Positions 1 to 9,404 of a DNA stretch of 64,000 nucleotides are shown here, piece after piece. Made by a program: the position numbers and the translations under genes. The stretch is from Myxococcota bacterium (lineage in GTDB: Bacteria; Myxococcota_A; Bradymonadia; UBA7976; UBA1532), in NCBI GenBank assembly GCA_036337435.1, contig JAYZEG010000062.1:130817-194816 (forward strand), given 5' to 3'. Each line of letters begins with the position of its first letter. Within the stretch, counting starts at the first letter, position 1. The notes under the pieces were generated by a model. It was not told where the DNA came from and did no database searches. It saw nothing but the letters and a program-made list of their open reading frames with translations.

Positions 1-1583
1 TATCGGTAGGCGATCAAATAGGCATCACGCCATTCATTATCACCGATCAAAAATTGTTCGACTGGCCCCAATGTTTGGAACCGGCTTCTCAATATTTTGG
101 TTTCATCAGCTGTGCTGCAGCAGAGTCCATCGTCAATTAAGCCATCACAGTCTTGGTCCTGGCGATCGCATGATTCTGGTTTTGGTGAACATGCAATATC
201 TACATCGAAAATGGTTGCCGTCGAGCGAAGCCTTCGCTCGATGAGCGGAACATATTCAATGACAGGCGTGGGCTCTTGTGTAAACCGAACGACAAGTGCA
301 TGCCGCGTTTGCGCGGCATCATTACAAACCGCATTTTCACCGCAATCACTGTCGCTCGAACAGGCTGTTTGGCCGTCCTCGCATAGCCCATCAACGCGTC
401 TGTCTGGTAAATCCGCGAATCCGATTGAACGGGTATCGGCCCAGGGCCAGCCTCCATCCCATGTGACCATGGATTCCCAGAGGCTCTGTGTTCCAACGAA
501 ATAGAGTTGCATATCACCTTGGCGCGGTTGGGGTGTCGTCATTGTTCGACGTCCAATGAGTGGCTTTTGGCCCCGGTAGACTTGAGATGAGATCAGCTCT
601 GTGATGTCAAACTTGCCGACTCTGAGTACCCCGTCGCGATCGTAGAGGGATCTAAGGCTCATAAATTGTTCTGCTCCGAGCTGCTCTAGATGCCACAGGA
701 GTGTTTGACCGCCATCCGATATGAGCTCTCCCCGTTCGGTTCGACAGGGTAAATTCCCCTGCGCAAGCCAAGTACTTGAATTGATGAACACGCATTGACC
801 CGACTCTCCGAACCGAAGCAACACACCGCCCGTCGTCGTGGCAACGCTGTCTGGCTTTGGCAGTCCGGAACTGTCAACAGTTGTTGGACCCAGGACACTC
901 AGATCTGACTGAAATACGTGCCAGGAGACAGCGCCGTCCACTGTTTCGCCAACAACGACCAGCTGACCGTCTGCCTCAGCAAGCATGGGTTGGCCCACTA
1001 AGGTTGCATCGGGATTACTCAGACTCATCAGACTCTCCGATGGTCTGTGTGCCTGGTAAATTCGGATCGGCACCTCGGGTCCACCATAGGCAACCCATGT
1101 TGTTCCGCCTGCCCTGAGCGTCGTGACCCATTGGATTCCGGTCAGTGACTCTACGAGAAGACGGGGGGAATCGAAGGCGGCATCGCGACCCATTCGGCAT
1201 TGGTTTAGGCCTGATTCGTCTGCCCAGACCAGGTACGATGCTTGGCCACCGTAGGCCATGGCAACTTGTTGATAGGACGGGACGCTAAAGGCACCCGATT
1301 GCGTCTCAGTTCTCAAGCAATTGGTGGTTGCCAAACCCATGTCTGAATTCATATCGATCGCGGACCCGTCGGCCGAGTTCATGTCAAGCAGTTGTGATGC
1401 GTCAGCCGCGTCGACCGGCTGAGTCATATCTCGGCCCACATCGGGGAGCGCATCATTGACTCGAACATCCATCGTGCCTGAATCCGTGATGGGCAGTTGC
1501 GAGTCCTCGGCGGCGAGGGGAAGAGTTTCGGGGGTAGTACACCCTCCAATAGAAAAAATGAGTACCGTTAGCAGACCGCGCAT
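1..1583 (-). CDS. Cys-rich lipoprotein with a MopE-like (CDxxDxDCDGxxD) metal-binding motif; runs off the left edge (partial)
   Basis: Translated by hand because it is absent from the ORF track (no stop in window). Open from ATG 1583 to base 1. MRGLLTVLIFSIGGC is a lipobox signal; contains CEDGQTACSSDSDCGENAVC and PKPESCDRQDQDCDGLIDDGLCC. Confidence 0.8.
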   Translation of the reverse strand, partial: MRGLLTVLIFSIGGCTTPETLPLAAEDSQLPITDSGTMDVRVNDALPDVGRDMTQPVDAADASQLLDMNSADGSAIDMNSDMGLATTNCLRTETQSGAFSVPSYQQVAMAYGGQASYLVWADESGLNQCRMGRDAAFDSPRLLVESLTGIQWVTTLRAGGTTWVAYGGPEVPIRIYQAHRPSESLMSLSNPDATLVGQPMLAEADGQLVVVGETVDGAVSWHVFQSDLSVLGPTTVDSSGLPKPDSVATTTGGVLLRFGESGQCVFINSSTWLAQGNLPCRTERGELISDGGQTLLWHLEQLGAEQFMSLRSLYDRDGVLRVGKFDITELISSQVYRGQKPLIGRRTMTTPQPRQGDMQLYFVGTQSLWESMVTWDGGWPWADTRSIGFADLPDRRVDGLCEDGQTACSSDSDCGENAVCNDAAQTRHALVVRFTQEPTPVIEYVPLIERRLRSTATIFDVDIACSPKPESCDRQDQDCDGLIDDGLCCSTADETKILRSRFQTLGPVEQFLIGDNEWRDAYLIAYR

Positions 1584-1719
1584 AAGTCAGAAAAGCTCTG
1601 TAGCCAAGTTAATCACGTCCACAGAGTATTACAGACAACGCCATCATTGCATCTTCGTTTTGTCTCTTTGAACGATTATCTTTCCATCGGTTTGCTCAGA
1701 ACACTTACTTGACAGGCGG

Positions 1720-3315
1720 ATGGGCAGGTCGTACCTGACCACTATGATTTTTAGGAATCGATACCAAACCCAAACATCTGTCGTCTTGTTAGGACTCGTC
1801 TCATTCGCGGTATGGTTGCGCTGGCCGGCATTGGGGACAGCCGGATTTCATAATGAAGATGTTGCCGGTATCACATTAAATGCAGATCTCATCTTGCGCG
1901 GCGAGCTGCCTTTGATCGACAACCTAGAGTACAAAGCACCGGGTACTTTCTATTTGACGGCGATGCTTTGGACACTCCTCGATCGTTCGATGTTTACGTT
2001 GCAATGTTTCGGCATTGGTATGGCCTGTTTTGCATTGCTCGGCGTCTTCTGCCTTGGTCGAATTCTTTATGGGCGAGACTGCGGACTGGTCGCAGCCACA
2101 CTCTACGCAGCGCTATCGCCAATTACCGACAGCATCGACGTCAACTACGGGTCGTGGATGATCGGCCCCTACATCTGGGCAACGGTCTGTTGTCTGTTAG
2201 CGGTGAAAAGTGGTCGGCTTCGATGGTTTTTTTGGACCGGGGTGATTCTTGCCATCGCGGGTGTCTTAAAGCGTCAGGCAGCGGTTTTATTTCCGCTGTT
2301 TGCGTTGATGCCCTTGATCGGTCAGCGATTGAGTTGGCCCGATGACTGGGTGGGCATTCTCGAGCCCAAGAAGGCTTTGGGCCTATTCTTTGTTGGCCTC
2401 GGAGCCGGCTTTGCGCCGATTCTTTTTTGGTATGCACTAAACGGGGAACTGTTTAGTTTCATGGGCAGCTATTTTTTCTCGGAAAGTGGTTGGAAATACG
2501 TCCGAGGTCAGACGTCGTGGACTGATCGAGGCTTGCGTCTTGGCGATGGCTTTCTTGGTTTCGCGATGTATGCAGCGACCCCCAGTTTACTTGCAATATT
2601 GGCCATATTCCGAAATGTCACACCGGGAACTCCGTGGACCGGACGCGGGCTTTTTATTTCGCTGCACCTCATTCTCAGTTTTTTGGGTGCCGCCCTCGGT
2701 CTTCGTTTTTTCAAAGGCTATTACCTCCAGCTGCTGCCCATATTGGTGATTATTGCAGCTCACCCCAACGGGGTTCTCATGCCTTGGATTCGTCGTTCAA
2801 GTTGGACTCGATTGGGGTCTCGTGTGCGCCCGTTAATCGTTCTGCTTTGCTCGACTCTTCTCATCTCTCCGGCGTTGATTCATGATGCCGATCAAGTCGC
2901 TAAGATTCGAAAACGGCGGCAGCATGCACGTGATCCAGTGGCTCAAAAAATTGGACGATACATCCGAGATAACAGTCGAGCAGACGAGCCAATTTGGGTA
3001 TGGGGTCGATGGGCTTGGCCAGTCTACTTCCACGCCAATCGCCCAATCGCGACGCACTTCCCGAAATCTCTGGGTGTTTTTACATCTACCTTAACCAATA
3101 CTTGGCGTCGCCCAACGAAGAATACGGCTTTCGATCCGAAAAGCCCTTGGCCAACCCTGATTAAGCAGCTCAAGGCTGAAAAACCGAAGTTTTTGGTCTT
3201 ATCTCACAATGAAAGTTATCGAAAATTTAGAGCTCTCAATGCCTTATTGCGCTCTGACTATAAAGCCGTCAAGACCATCAAGACGGCTGGATTTTCTTTC
3301 TATCAAAAGAAATAA
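1720..3315 (+). CDS. GT-C fold integral-membrane glycosyltransferase (ArnT/PMT-like)
   Basis: Many TM segments; acidic loop FHNEDVA followed by EYKAPG; KRQAA motif; C-terminal IWVWGRWAWPVYF domain. The start may be ATG 1744. Confidence 0.75.
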   Translation: MGRSYLTTMIFRNRYQTQTSVVLLGLVSFAVWLRWPALGTAGFHNEDVAGITLNADLILRGELPLIDNLEYKAPGTFYLTAMLWTLLDRSMFTLQCFGIGMACFALLGVFCLGRILYGRDCGLVAATLYAALSPITDSIDVNYGSWMIGPYIWATVCCLLAVKSGRLRWFFWTGVILAIAGVLKRQAAVLFPLFALMPLIGQRLSWPDDWVGILEPKKALGLFFVGLGAGFAPILFWYALNGELFSFMGSYFFSESGWKYVRGQTSWTDRGLRLGDGFLGFAMYAATPSLLAILAIFRNVTPGTPWTGRGLFISLHLILSFLGAALGLRFFKGYYLQLLPILVIIAAHPNGVLMPWIRRSSWTRLGSRVRPLIVLLCSTLLISPALIHDADQVAKIRKRRQHARDPVAQKIGRYIRDNSRADEPIWVWGRWAWPVYFHANRPIATHFPKSLGVFTSTLTNTWRRPTKNTAFDPKSPWPTLIKQLKAEKPKFLVLSHNESYRKFRALNALLRSDYKAVKTIKTAGFSFYQKK

Positions 3316-3392
3316 ATGACCGAAAACAGGTCGACTTATACTTTTCCAAGTCCGTGTGTATTCAACCAAATTGACTGCTTTGTCGACATCAT

Positions 3393-4415
3393 TCAGGCAG
3401 ACTGTTCCACGTCGCTGCCCATCTTTATAGCCTCGCTGTTTTCGTGTCCGGACGGTCCATTTGGTTTAGATCCAGGGCCGATCACCGTCTGTCGAATTGT
3501 ATAAGTCCGTTTTCCTTGTGACTCATGATAGGTGCGCGTCAAAAGGTCGGCCAATAATCCAAACGACAGAAGCTGCACGCCGACGATGATCAAGAGGACG
3601 CCTAGGAGTAGGAGTGGTCGGCTGGCAAGGGGGGTTCCTAAAATCAGTTTCTCTGCCGCAAGCCACCCACAGATTCCAAATCCACTGAGTCCGCTCACCA
3701 GACCAGCAAGGCCGAACACCTGCATCGGCTTCACTAAGAAACCTTGTATGAACAAGATGACCATCAGATCGAGGATGACTCGGACGGTGCGGCTAATTCC
3801 ATATTTTGAAATGCCGAATTGTCGAGCTCGATGGTTGACTTTCATTTCGTGAATTCGAGCACCAGACCAATTGGCGATAGCAGGAATGAACCGGTGCATT
3901 TCTCCATAGAGCCTGAGTGCCTTTGCGACATCCCGCGTCATCACTTTCAACGTGCATCCATAATCGTGTAGATGAACTTTTGTGGTCACGCTGATGAGCT
4001 TGTTGGCGATAATCGATGGCAGTCTGCGGTTGATAAATGTGTCTTTTCTGTCGGCCCGCCAGCCCGCCACCAGGTCATAACCCTCCTGCAGCTTACTCAC
4101 CATGGCAGGAATATCGCTCGGGTCATTTTGCAAGTCCGCATCCATCAGGGCGATCATATCTCCACGAGCGTGGTCTAGGCCGGCCTGCATGGCAGCGGTC
4201 TGACCGAAATTTCTGCGAAAACTGACGATTACGAGCGATGGATCAGACTCGGCGAGCCCCGATAAGACTTGGAGGCTCGCATCGCTCGAGCCGTCGTCGA
4301 CCAAAACAATCTCATAGGCCAGTTCGGCTGGTTTCATTGCCGAATGAATTTCCGAGATGAGAAGCGGGAGGCTCTCTTCCTCATTAAAGACAGGTACTAC
4401 GATTGACAAGTGCAC
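3393..4415 (-). CDS. Family 2 polyprenyl-phosphate glycosyltransferase (ArnC/DPM1-like)
   Basis: LSIVVPVFNEEESL, VDDGSSD, RNFGQTAAM, MDADLQNDP, DYGCTLK, GEMHRFIP; two C-terminal TM helices. Confidence 0.92.
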   Translation of the reverse strand: MHLSIVVPVFNEEESLPLLISEIHSAMKPAELAYEIVLVDDGSSDASLQVLSGLAESDPSLVIVSFRRNFGQTAAMQAGLDHARGDMIALMDADLQNDPSDIPAMVSKLQEGYDLVAGWRADRKDTFINRRLPSIIANKLISVTTKVHLHDYGCTLKVMTRDVAKALRLYGEMHRFIPAIANWSGARIHEMKVNHRARQFGISKYGISRTVRVILDLMVILFIQGFLVKPMQVFGLAGLVSGLSGFGICGWLAAEKLILGTPLASRPLLLLGVLLIIVGVQLLSFGLLADLLTRTYHESQGKRTYTIRQTVIGPGSKPNGPSGHENSEAIKMGSDVEQSA

Positions 4416-4505
4416 GTTTAAGATCCTCGCATGGGCGCCGCACCATATCCTTTTCGCGTAGAAAAAAACAAGAATGGTCAGACGATCCGTACAGCACTTA
4501 TTGAA

Positions 4506-5225
4506 TTAACGGTCTAAATACACCGGGATTCGAGTCTTTAATTCTAATGTTGGAAGGTCGATCTCGAGCCGATATGCGATGACCTCGACCCCGGTTTTAT
4601 GGGCTTCTATTAATGTGTTTGCATAGATTGGGTCGATGTCTGCGGCTGGTTCAAATTCGGTTGCACCCGTTCTGGCAATACAGAAGACCAGCACGGATCG
4701 GTGGCCATCTTTGACCATAGTCATCAATTCTCTCAGGTGCTTCGTCCCCCTTGACGTGACTGAATCGGGAAAGCGGACCAATCCATTTTCACCGGGCAGC
4801 GTTACATTTTTTACCTCAACATAGCAGGTCGAGTTGTCCGTCGAGAGCAACAAGTCGATACGAGAATTTTCGTCTCCGTATCGAACCTCTCGTTTTATGT
4901 TCTCATAGCCTTTGAGTTCTTCGATAACACCATTGAGGACCGCCTCTTCGACCAGGCTGTTGGGACGCTGGGTGTTTACGCAGATCTTTTCGTCATTATG
5001 TTCAATAATTTCGAGTGTATGCCTGAGTTTCCGCTTTGGGTTCTCGGAGTCGCTTACCCAGGCCCATGCGCCCTCGATAGCGCAGCCTTTCATCGACCCA
5101 CTATTCGGGCAATGAACGGTGAGTATATCACCGGATTCTAACTCTATGTCTGCAAAGAAGCGTTTGTAACGACGCACAAAACGTCCACGGATTAGGGGGC
5201 GATTGATCTTCACGACGAGTCTCAC
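4506..5225 (-). CDS. sfsA: DNA/RNA nuclease SfsA
   Basis: RRYKRFFADI, HCPNSGSM, SRIDLLL, YVEVKNVTL, FPDSVTSRGTKHLREL. Confidence 0.95.
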   Translation of the reverse strand: MRLVVKINRPLIRGRFVRRYKRFFADIELESGDILTVHCPNSGSMKGCAIEGAWAWVSDSENPKRKLRHTLEIIEHNDEKICVNTQRPNSLVEEAVLNGVIEELKGYENIKREVRYGDENSRIDLLLSTDNSTCYVEVKNVTLPGENGLVRFPDSVTSRGTKHLRELMTMVKDGHRSVLVFCIARTGATEFEPAADIDPIYANTLIEAHKTGVEVIAYRLEIDLPTLELKTRIPVYLDR

Positions 5226-5239
5226 TTTTCCAACAGGGC

Positions 5240-5268
5240 TTGAGAATTGGCCGAGTTCGCATCATAAT
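5240..5268 (+). promoter_or_regulatory. Candidate sigma70-type promoter for the flagellin gene
   Basis: TTGAGA-N17-CATAAT, followed by a GGAGG SD before ATG 5314. Confidence 0.45.
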
Positions 5269-5313
5269 ACGGAGTGATAAGACTTCCAAGAGTCGCACCA
5301 CGGAGGGTGAATA

Positions 5314-6729
5314 ATGGGTATCAAGGTAAACGACCGAACGCGTGCGCTTCAGGCGCAGCGCAACCTCAATCTCAACAAGCTACTTCTTTCCAAGAACTTC
5401 GAACGGTTGAGTAGCGGCTTGCGTATCAACCGGGCAAGCGACGATGCGGCCGGGCTGTCCATTAGCAGTCGAATCGACAGTCAGGTTCGCGGTATCGGTC
5501 AAGCGATGCGCAACGCGAGCGATGGGGTCTCTGCAGCGCAAACAGCGGACGCTGGTCTCAATAGTGTGACCGAGAACTTACAACGTATGAGAGAGTTGGC
5601 CGTCCAAGCATCCAACGGCACACTTACATCGTCCGACCGGAAGGCGATCCAGAGTGAAATCAATCAGCTCGGCGATGAAATCGGTTCCATCGGTGAACGA
5701 ACAACCTTCAATGGTCGAAAATTGATTGGAGGACAGGCAAGCCCCTTCCGTTTGCAGGTGGGCGCTAATTCAAGTGAATCGGTCGACCTGCCCAACGCGG
5801 ATGTACGAACCAATCAATTGGGGTCGACACCTGAGGTGACCTCTGCATCCATTGGCGGTAATGGGGTCCAGGCGGGTGACCTGTCCATAAATGGGGTCAG
5901 CATTAGAGCAACTCAGGCTGTCGATGATCAAGTATCGACGGTTCAATCGAGCGGGAGTGCCATTGCTGTCGCGGCAGCCATCAATGACTCAACGCCGAAC
6001 ACGGGTGTCTCTGCAATCGTTAATGAAACGGTGACCGCGGGCGGGCAAGTCGCTGGTGGTGGACTCGACTCTCAAAACCAGTTAACCATAAACGGGACTG
6101 CCATTACTGGAGTTCAGGTCGCAGCTGGCGACGCTGGAAATTCCCTGATTTCTGCAATCAACGCTCAATCCGACCTAACGGGTGTCACCGCATCGAGAGA
6201 TCGTTCGGGGGGCGTTGAATTGTTGGCTCAAGACGGCCGAAATATAGATGTTCAGGCGACCGGAAATGCGGAGGCCATCACGGGCCTTTCGGCGGGCACT
6301 ACCCAGGGCACGGTTACGCTCCGCGGAGATGCTCAATTCGATATTGCTGGTGCCGATCCGGCCGCCGCAGGACTTTCCGCCGGTACGGTCGGGTCGACGC
6401 AGGGCACCGCTGTAGCTGCAATTGATGTGACTACGCAAGCGGGTGCGAATGACGCTCTGGAGACCATTGATCGAGCACTCGAGCAGGTGACGAGTCAGCG
6501 TGCTCGATTCGGAGCGACCCAAAATCGATTGGAATCGACCATCAACAATTTGGCGAATACATCGGTGAACTTACAAGAATCCAATAGCCGCATTCGAGAT
6601 GCTGATTTTGCAAAAGAAGCATCGGAACTTCTTCGACGCCAAATACTGGAGCAGGCACAAATTTCTATCCTCGGGCAGTCGAACAATCTGTCAAAACAAA
6701 GTGCGATCAAGCTCCTTGGTGGAGCCTGA
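5314..6729 (+). CDS. fliC: Flagellin
   Basis: N-terminal ERLSSGLRINRASDDAAGL and LQRMRELAVQASNGT; C-terminal RARFGATQNRLE and SRIRDADFAKE; two central 'IN' motifs (LSINGVSI...AAAIN, LTINGTAI...SAIN). Confidence 0.96.
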   Translation: MGIKVNDRTRALQAQRNLNLNKLLLSKNFERLSSGLRINRASDDAAGLSISSRIDSQVRGIGQAMRNASDGVSAAQTADAGLNSVTENLQRMRELAVQASNGTLTSSDRKAIQSEINQLGDEIGSIGERTTFNGRKLIGGQASPFRLQVGANSSESVDLPNADVRTNQLGSTPEVTSASIGGNGVQAGDLSINGVSIRATQAVDDQVSTVQSSGSAIAVAAAINDSTPNTGVSAIVNETVTAGGQVAGGGLDSQNQLTINGTAITGVQVAAGDAGNSLISAINAQSDLTGVTASRDRSGGVELLAQDGRNIDVQATGNAEAITGLSAGTTQGTVTLRGDAQFDIAGADPAAAGLSAGTVGSTQGTAVAAIDVTTQAGANDALETIDRALEQVTSQRARFGATQNRLESTINNLANTSVNLQESNSRIRDADFAKEASELLRRQILEQAQISILGQSNNLSKQSAIKLLGGA

Positions 6730-6742
6730 TGGCGTATTTGAT

Positions 6743-8032
6743 CTAGTGAGATGAGGGACGCCGCCGATTCTGATGGCGGCTGGACCGTTGGCCTTTGTTT
6801 TTTCGATTGTTTGAACGGGGTTTAGGTTCGAAAAGCGGCGGTGGAACAAACTCTTGTTCCAATTCGTGCCATTTCCTCGCACTGTCAGGAGAGAGATGCC
6901 CTGCATGGGCCCGAATCTGCGCAAACAGGACCGCTGACGCATAATTTGGACTCTTAGCAAAAGAGTGTCGCGAATTTTTTTTATTGACCAAACGGGCAAA
7001 TCGCAATTGCGACAGCAAAACCATGATGGTTGATTCCATGACCTTTCTCGGAATGCAAACTCGGATGGCCAGTGGTCTCGTCAGCTCTTCGACCAAGTAC
7101 CGAAGTCGCGAGTTTTGAATTGGTTCAGACAGAGAACCGATGACGGCTTCAACCACAGGCCACATAAGAACGGCGATGATAATGCCATTGGGCATCCGCG
7201 GAATCTTCGCCATCTGAGTATCCAGTGCGTGGAACAAACGATCGATTCGCTCGCGCTCTGACTGGCTCAGTCTAGACAATGTTGCGGCGAGCTCTGGAAT
7301 TAAAATTTCGAGTAAGCGCAGTTCGTCAAGCAATCTAACCGTCTCGACACAGGCTCCACCGCCAGCGAGTCTGAGTAGTTCTTCGTAGAGTCGTGGCAGC
7401 GCAGCTTTCCCGATCTCTGCTCGCTCATTGAGAATGGCTGTCCGGGTTTCTGATTCAATTTCGAAATCAAGTCGAGCCGCGAACTTAACCGCCCGCAACA
7501 TTCTCACAGGGTCTTCTCTAAACCGCGTTGTTGGATCGCCAATGGTTCTCAAAAGGCCGGCTTCGAGATCCGTCAACCCATTCACGTAGTCGATGACCTC
7601 ATCTCGATGCGCGTCATAGAAAAGTGCGTTGACAGTGAAATCCCGTCTCAACGCGTCAGATTTTGGCGTGCCAAACTGGTTATCATCAAAAATGATTTGT
7701 CCATGCTCTAGGTTCTTCGGTTTAGCCCGGAAGGTCGCTGTCTCAATAATTTTTCCGCCCTCTCCAAGGATGTGTGCGAGTCGGAATCGTCGGCCAATTA
7801 GGCGACAGCGCCTAAACAATCGCTTTATTTCCCTTGGCTGCGCGGATGTGACCACATCAAAATCTTTTGGTTTTCGACCGATCAGCAGGTCCCGAACGCT
7901 TCCACCCACCAGATACGCATAGAAACCGTAGTCATGGAGTCGCCTTAGTACGCGAAGCGCATCACGGTCAATGTTCTTTTGCCGGATGCAATGGTCACTC
8001 ATTCGGTTGGGTTCGATTTCTAACATGGCCAC
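6743..8032 (-). CDS. pcnB: Poly(A) polymerase I
   Basis: LVGGSVRDLL, KDFDV, the PAP-specific signature LIGRRFRLAHI, DALRRDFTVNAL, EDPVRMLRAVKF; basic C-tail. Confidence 0.92.
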   Translation of the reverse strand: MAMLEIEPNRMSDHCIRQKNIDRDALRVLRRLHDYGFYAYLVGGSVRDLLIGRKPKDFDVVTSAQPREIKRLFRRCRLIGRRFRLAHILGEGGKIIETATFRAKPKNLEHGQIIFDDNQFGTPKSDALRRDFTVNALFYDAHRDEVIDYVNGLTDLEAGLLRTIGDPTTRFREDPVRMLRAVKFAARLDFEIESETRTAILNERAEIGKAALPRLYEELLRLAGGGACVETVRLLDELRLLEILIPELAATLSRLSQSERERIDRLFHALDTQMAKIPRMPNGIIIAVLMWPVVEAVIGSLSEPIQNSRLRYLVEELTRPLAIRVCIPRKVMESTIMVLLSQLRFARLVNKKNSRHSFAKSPNYASAVLFAQIRAHAGHLSPDSARKWHELEQEFVPPPLFEPKPRSNNRKNKGQRSSRHQNRRRPSSH

Positions 8033-8132
8033 GAAAAAATCCTAAATGGAACGGAATTGCAACGCAAACATCAGTCATTTTTGTTCAACGCCTACAAAAT
8101 CTACAAAAAACGACCTAAACCGCAACATGCAC

Positions 8133-8151
8133 TGTCAATGCTCGATTGACA
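8133..8151. promoter_or_regulatory. Inverted repeat TGTCAAT-gctcg-ATTGACA between divergent pcnB and ssb (back-to-back -35 hexamers or an operator)
   Basis: Perfect 7-bp inverted repeat; each arm reads TTGACA outward. Confidence 0.45.
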
Positions 8152-8241
8152 CATGAGCAGGGAGTTGAAATGCTGCCCAGCAAGTTTTTACCGTGACCAA
8201 CGAATTACCGTTATTTCAGAATCAGATGAGGGAGGCAGAAA

Positions 8242-8883
8242 ATGTCTAGTGTCAATAAAGTGATCTTGGTTGGGAATCTAGGAGCTGATCCAGAGATTAG
8301 ATACACACAGGGTGGGCAAGCCGTGTGCAATTTGAGAATTGCAACCTCTGAGAACTGGAATGATCGAGATGGTAACCGCCAGGAACGTACAGAATGGCAT
8401 AGCGTTTCAGTTTGGGGCAAACAGGCTGAAATCTGTGGTCAGTATTTAGCCAAGGGTCGGAAGGTCTATTTAGAAGGTCGATTGCAAAGTCGCGAATATA
8501 CAGACCGAGAAGGCGTAAACCGACGCGCTTGGGATGTTGTGGCAAACAATGTTGTTTTCTTAAGCGGTCGAGATGATGGCGGCGGCGGTGGCGGCGGCTG
8601 GGGTGGAAATAAGAATCAAAGCGGCGGCGGCTGGGGCGGCGGTCAGAATCAGGGCGGCGGAGGCGGCGGCGGGGGCGGCGGTCAGAACCACGGCAGCGGA
8701 GGCGGCGGCGGCTGGGGCGGCGGTCAGAATCAGGGCGGCGGCGGCGGCTGGGGCGGCGGTCAGAATCAGGGCGGCGGAGGCGGCGGCTGGGGCGGCGGTC
8801 AGAGCAGCCAACCGCCGAGCCAAGGGACACCTCAACCATCGGGATCTAACGATTCAGATGGTGATGACCCTATTCCATTCTAA
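8242..8883 (+). CDS. ssb: Single-stranded DNA-binding protein with a long Gly-rich linker
   Basis: [34 protein letters not shown]; acidic tip DDPIPF. Confidence 0.97.
   Translation: MSSVNKVILVGNLGADPEIRYTQGGQAVCNLRIATSENWNDRDGNRQERTEWHSVSVWGKQAEICGQYLAKGRKVYLEGRLQSREYTDREGVNRRAWDVVANNVVFLSGRDDGGGGGGGWGGNKNQSGGGWGGGQNQGGGGGGGGGGQNHGSGGGGGWGGGQNQGGGGGWGGGQNQGGGGGGWGGGQSSQPPSQGTPQPSGSNDSDGDDPIPF
8578..8802 (+). repeat. Degenerate coding tandem repeat (GGC)n-TGG-GGC-GGC-GGT-CAG-AAT-CAG encoding G(n)WGGGQNQ
   Basis: Five GGWGG and four GGGQN[QH] units within the ssb linker. Confidence 0.9.
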
Positions 8884-8910
8884 ACGGAGCTCCTACCAGA
8901 CATTCTGTGC

Positions 8911-9360
8911 CTATGGCCACTTCACCTTCTTTTCCGTATCGGGAACGGGGCTCGGTTTAAGGTCCGGCTTGGAGGGCACTTGCTTCTCTTCGTCGACAAG
9001 GCGCCATCCCATCCGAGAGTGGTGCCATGTTTGGAGCCAGTTCGCTTGCTGAACTCTCATATCTGACGTTCGATACCAAGTAATGGAGATCATGACTTTT
9101 GCTTTTGTCGCACGAGGCCCATCGCTCACCACTTGGACTAATCGGACATCACTCAGCTTTAGATTCTGGGCGTTTGCGATTCGTTGAGTCAGCCATTTTT
9201 CTCGTTTCTCTTTGGAAACATGAGACGATGCAGCAGGCCACATCCCCCATCGCACCTGCTGATTAAATGTACGCAATGTATCCCTTAAATGGGTCATTCG
9301 ATTTGGCGTTGAACACGCGAGGACGCCCAATAAGCTTAGACAGATCACAGTGATTCGCAT
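8911..9360 (-). CDS. Hypothetical lipoprotein
   Basis: MRITVICLSLLGVLAC lipobox (start moved to ATG 9360). Confidence 0.75.
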   Translation of the reverse strand: MRITVICLSLLGVLACSTPNRMTHLRDTLRTFNQQVRWGMWPAASSHVSKEKREKWLTQRIANAQNLKLSDVRLVQVVSDGPRATKAKVMISITWYRTSDMRVQQANWLQTWHHSRMGWRLVDEEKQVPSKPDLKPSPVPDTEKKVKWP

Positions 9361-9404
9361 GATTTTTTTCTTTCTCCAAATCTGGACCGATCCCGAGATA
9401 CAAT

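Noticed and set aside
8297..9052. Alternative-frame ORFs rich in Ala or Arg (8297-8839, 8560-8835, 8573-9052), and possible CRISPR-like periodicity
   Set aside because: These are shadows of the GGC-rich ssb linker. The repeats are coding and lack unique spacers.
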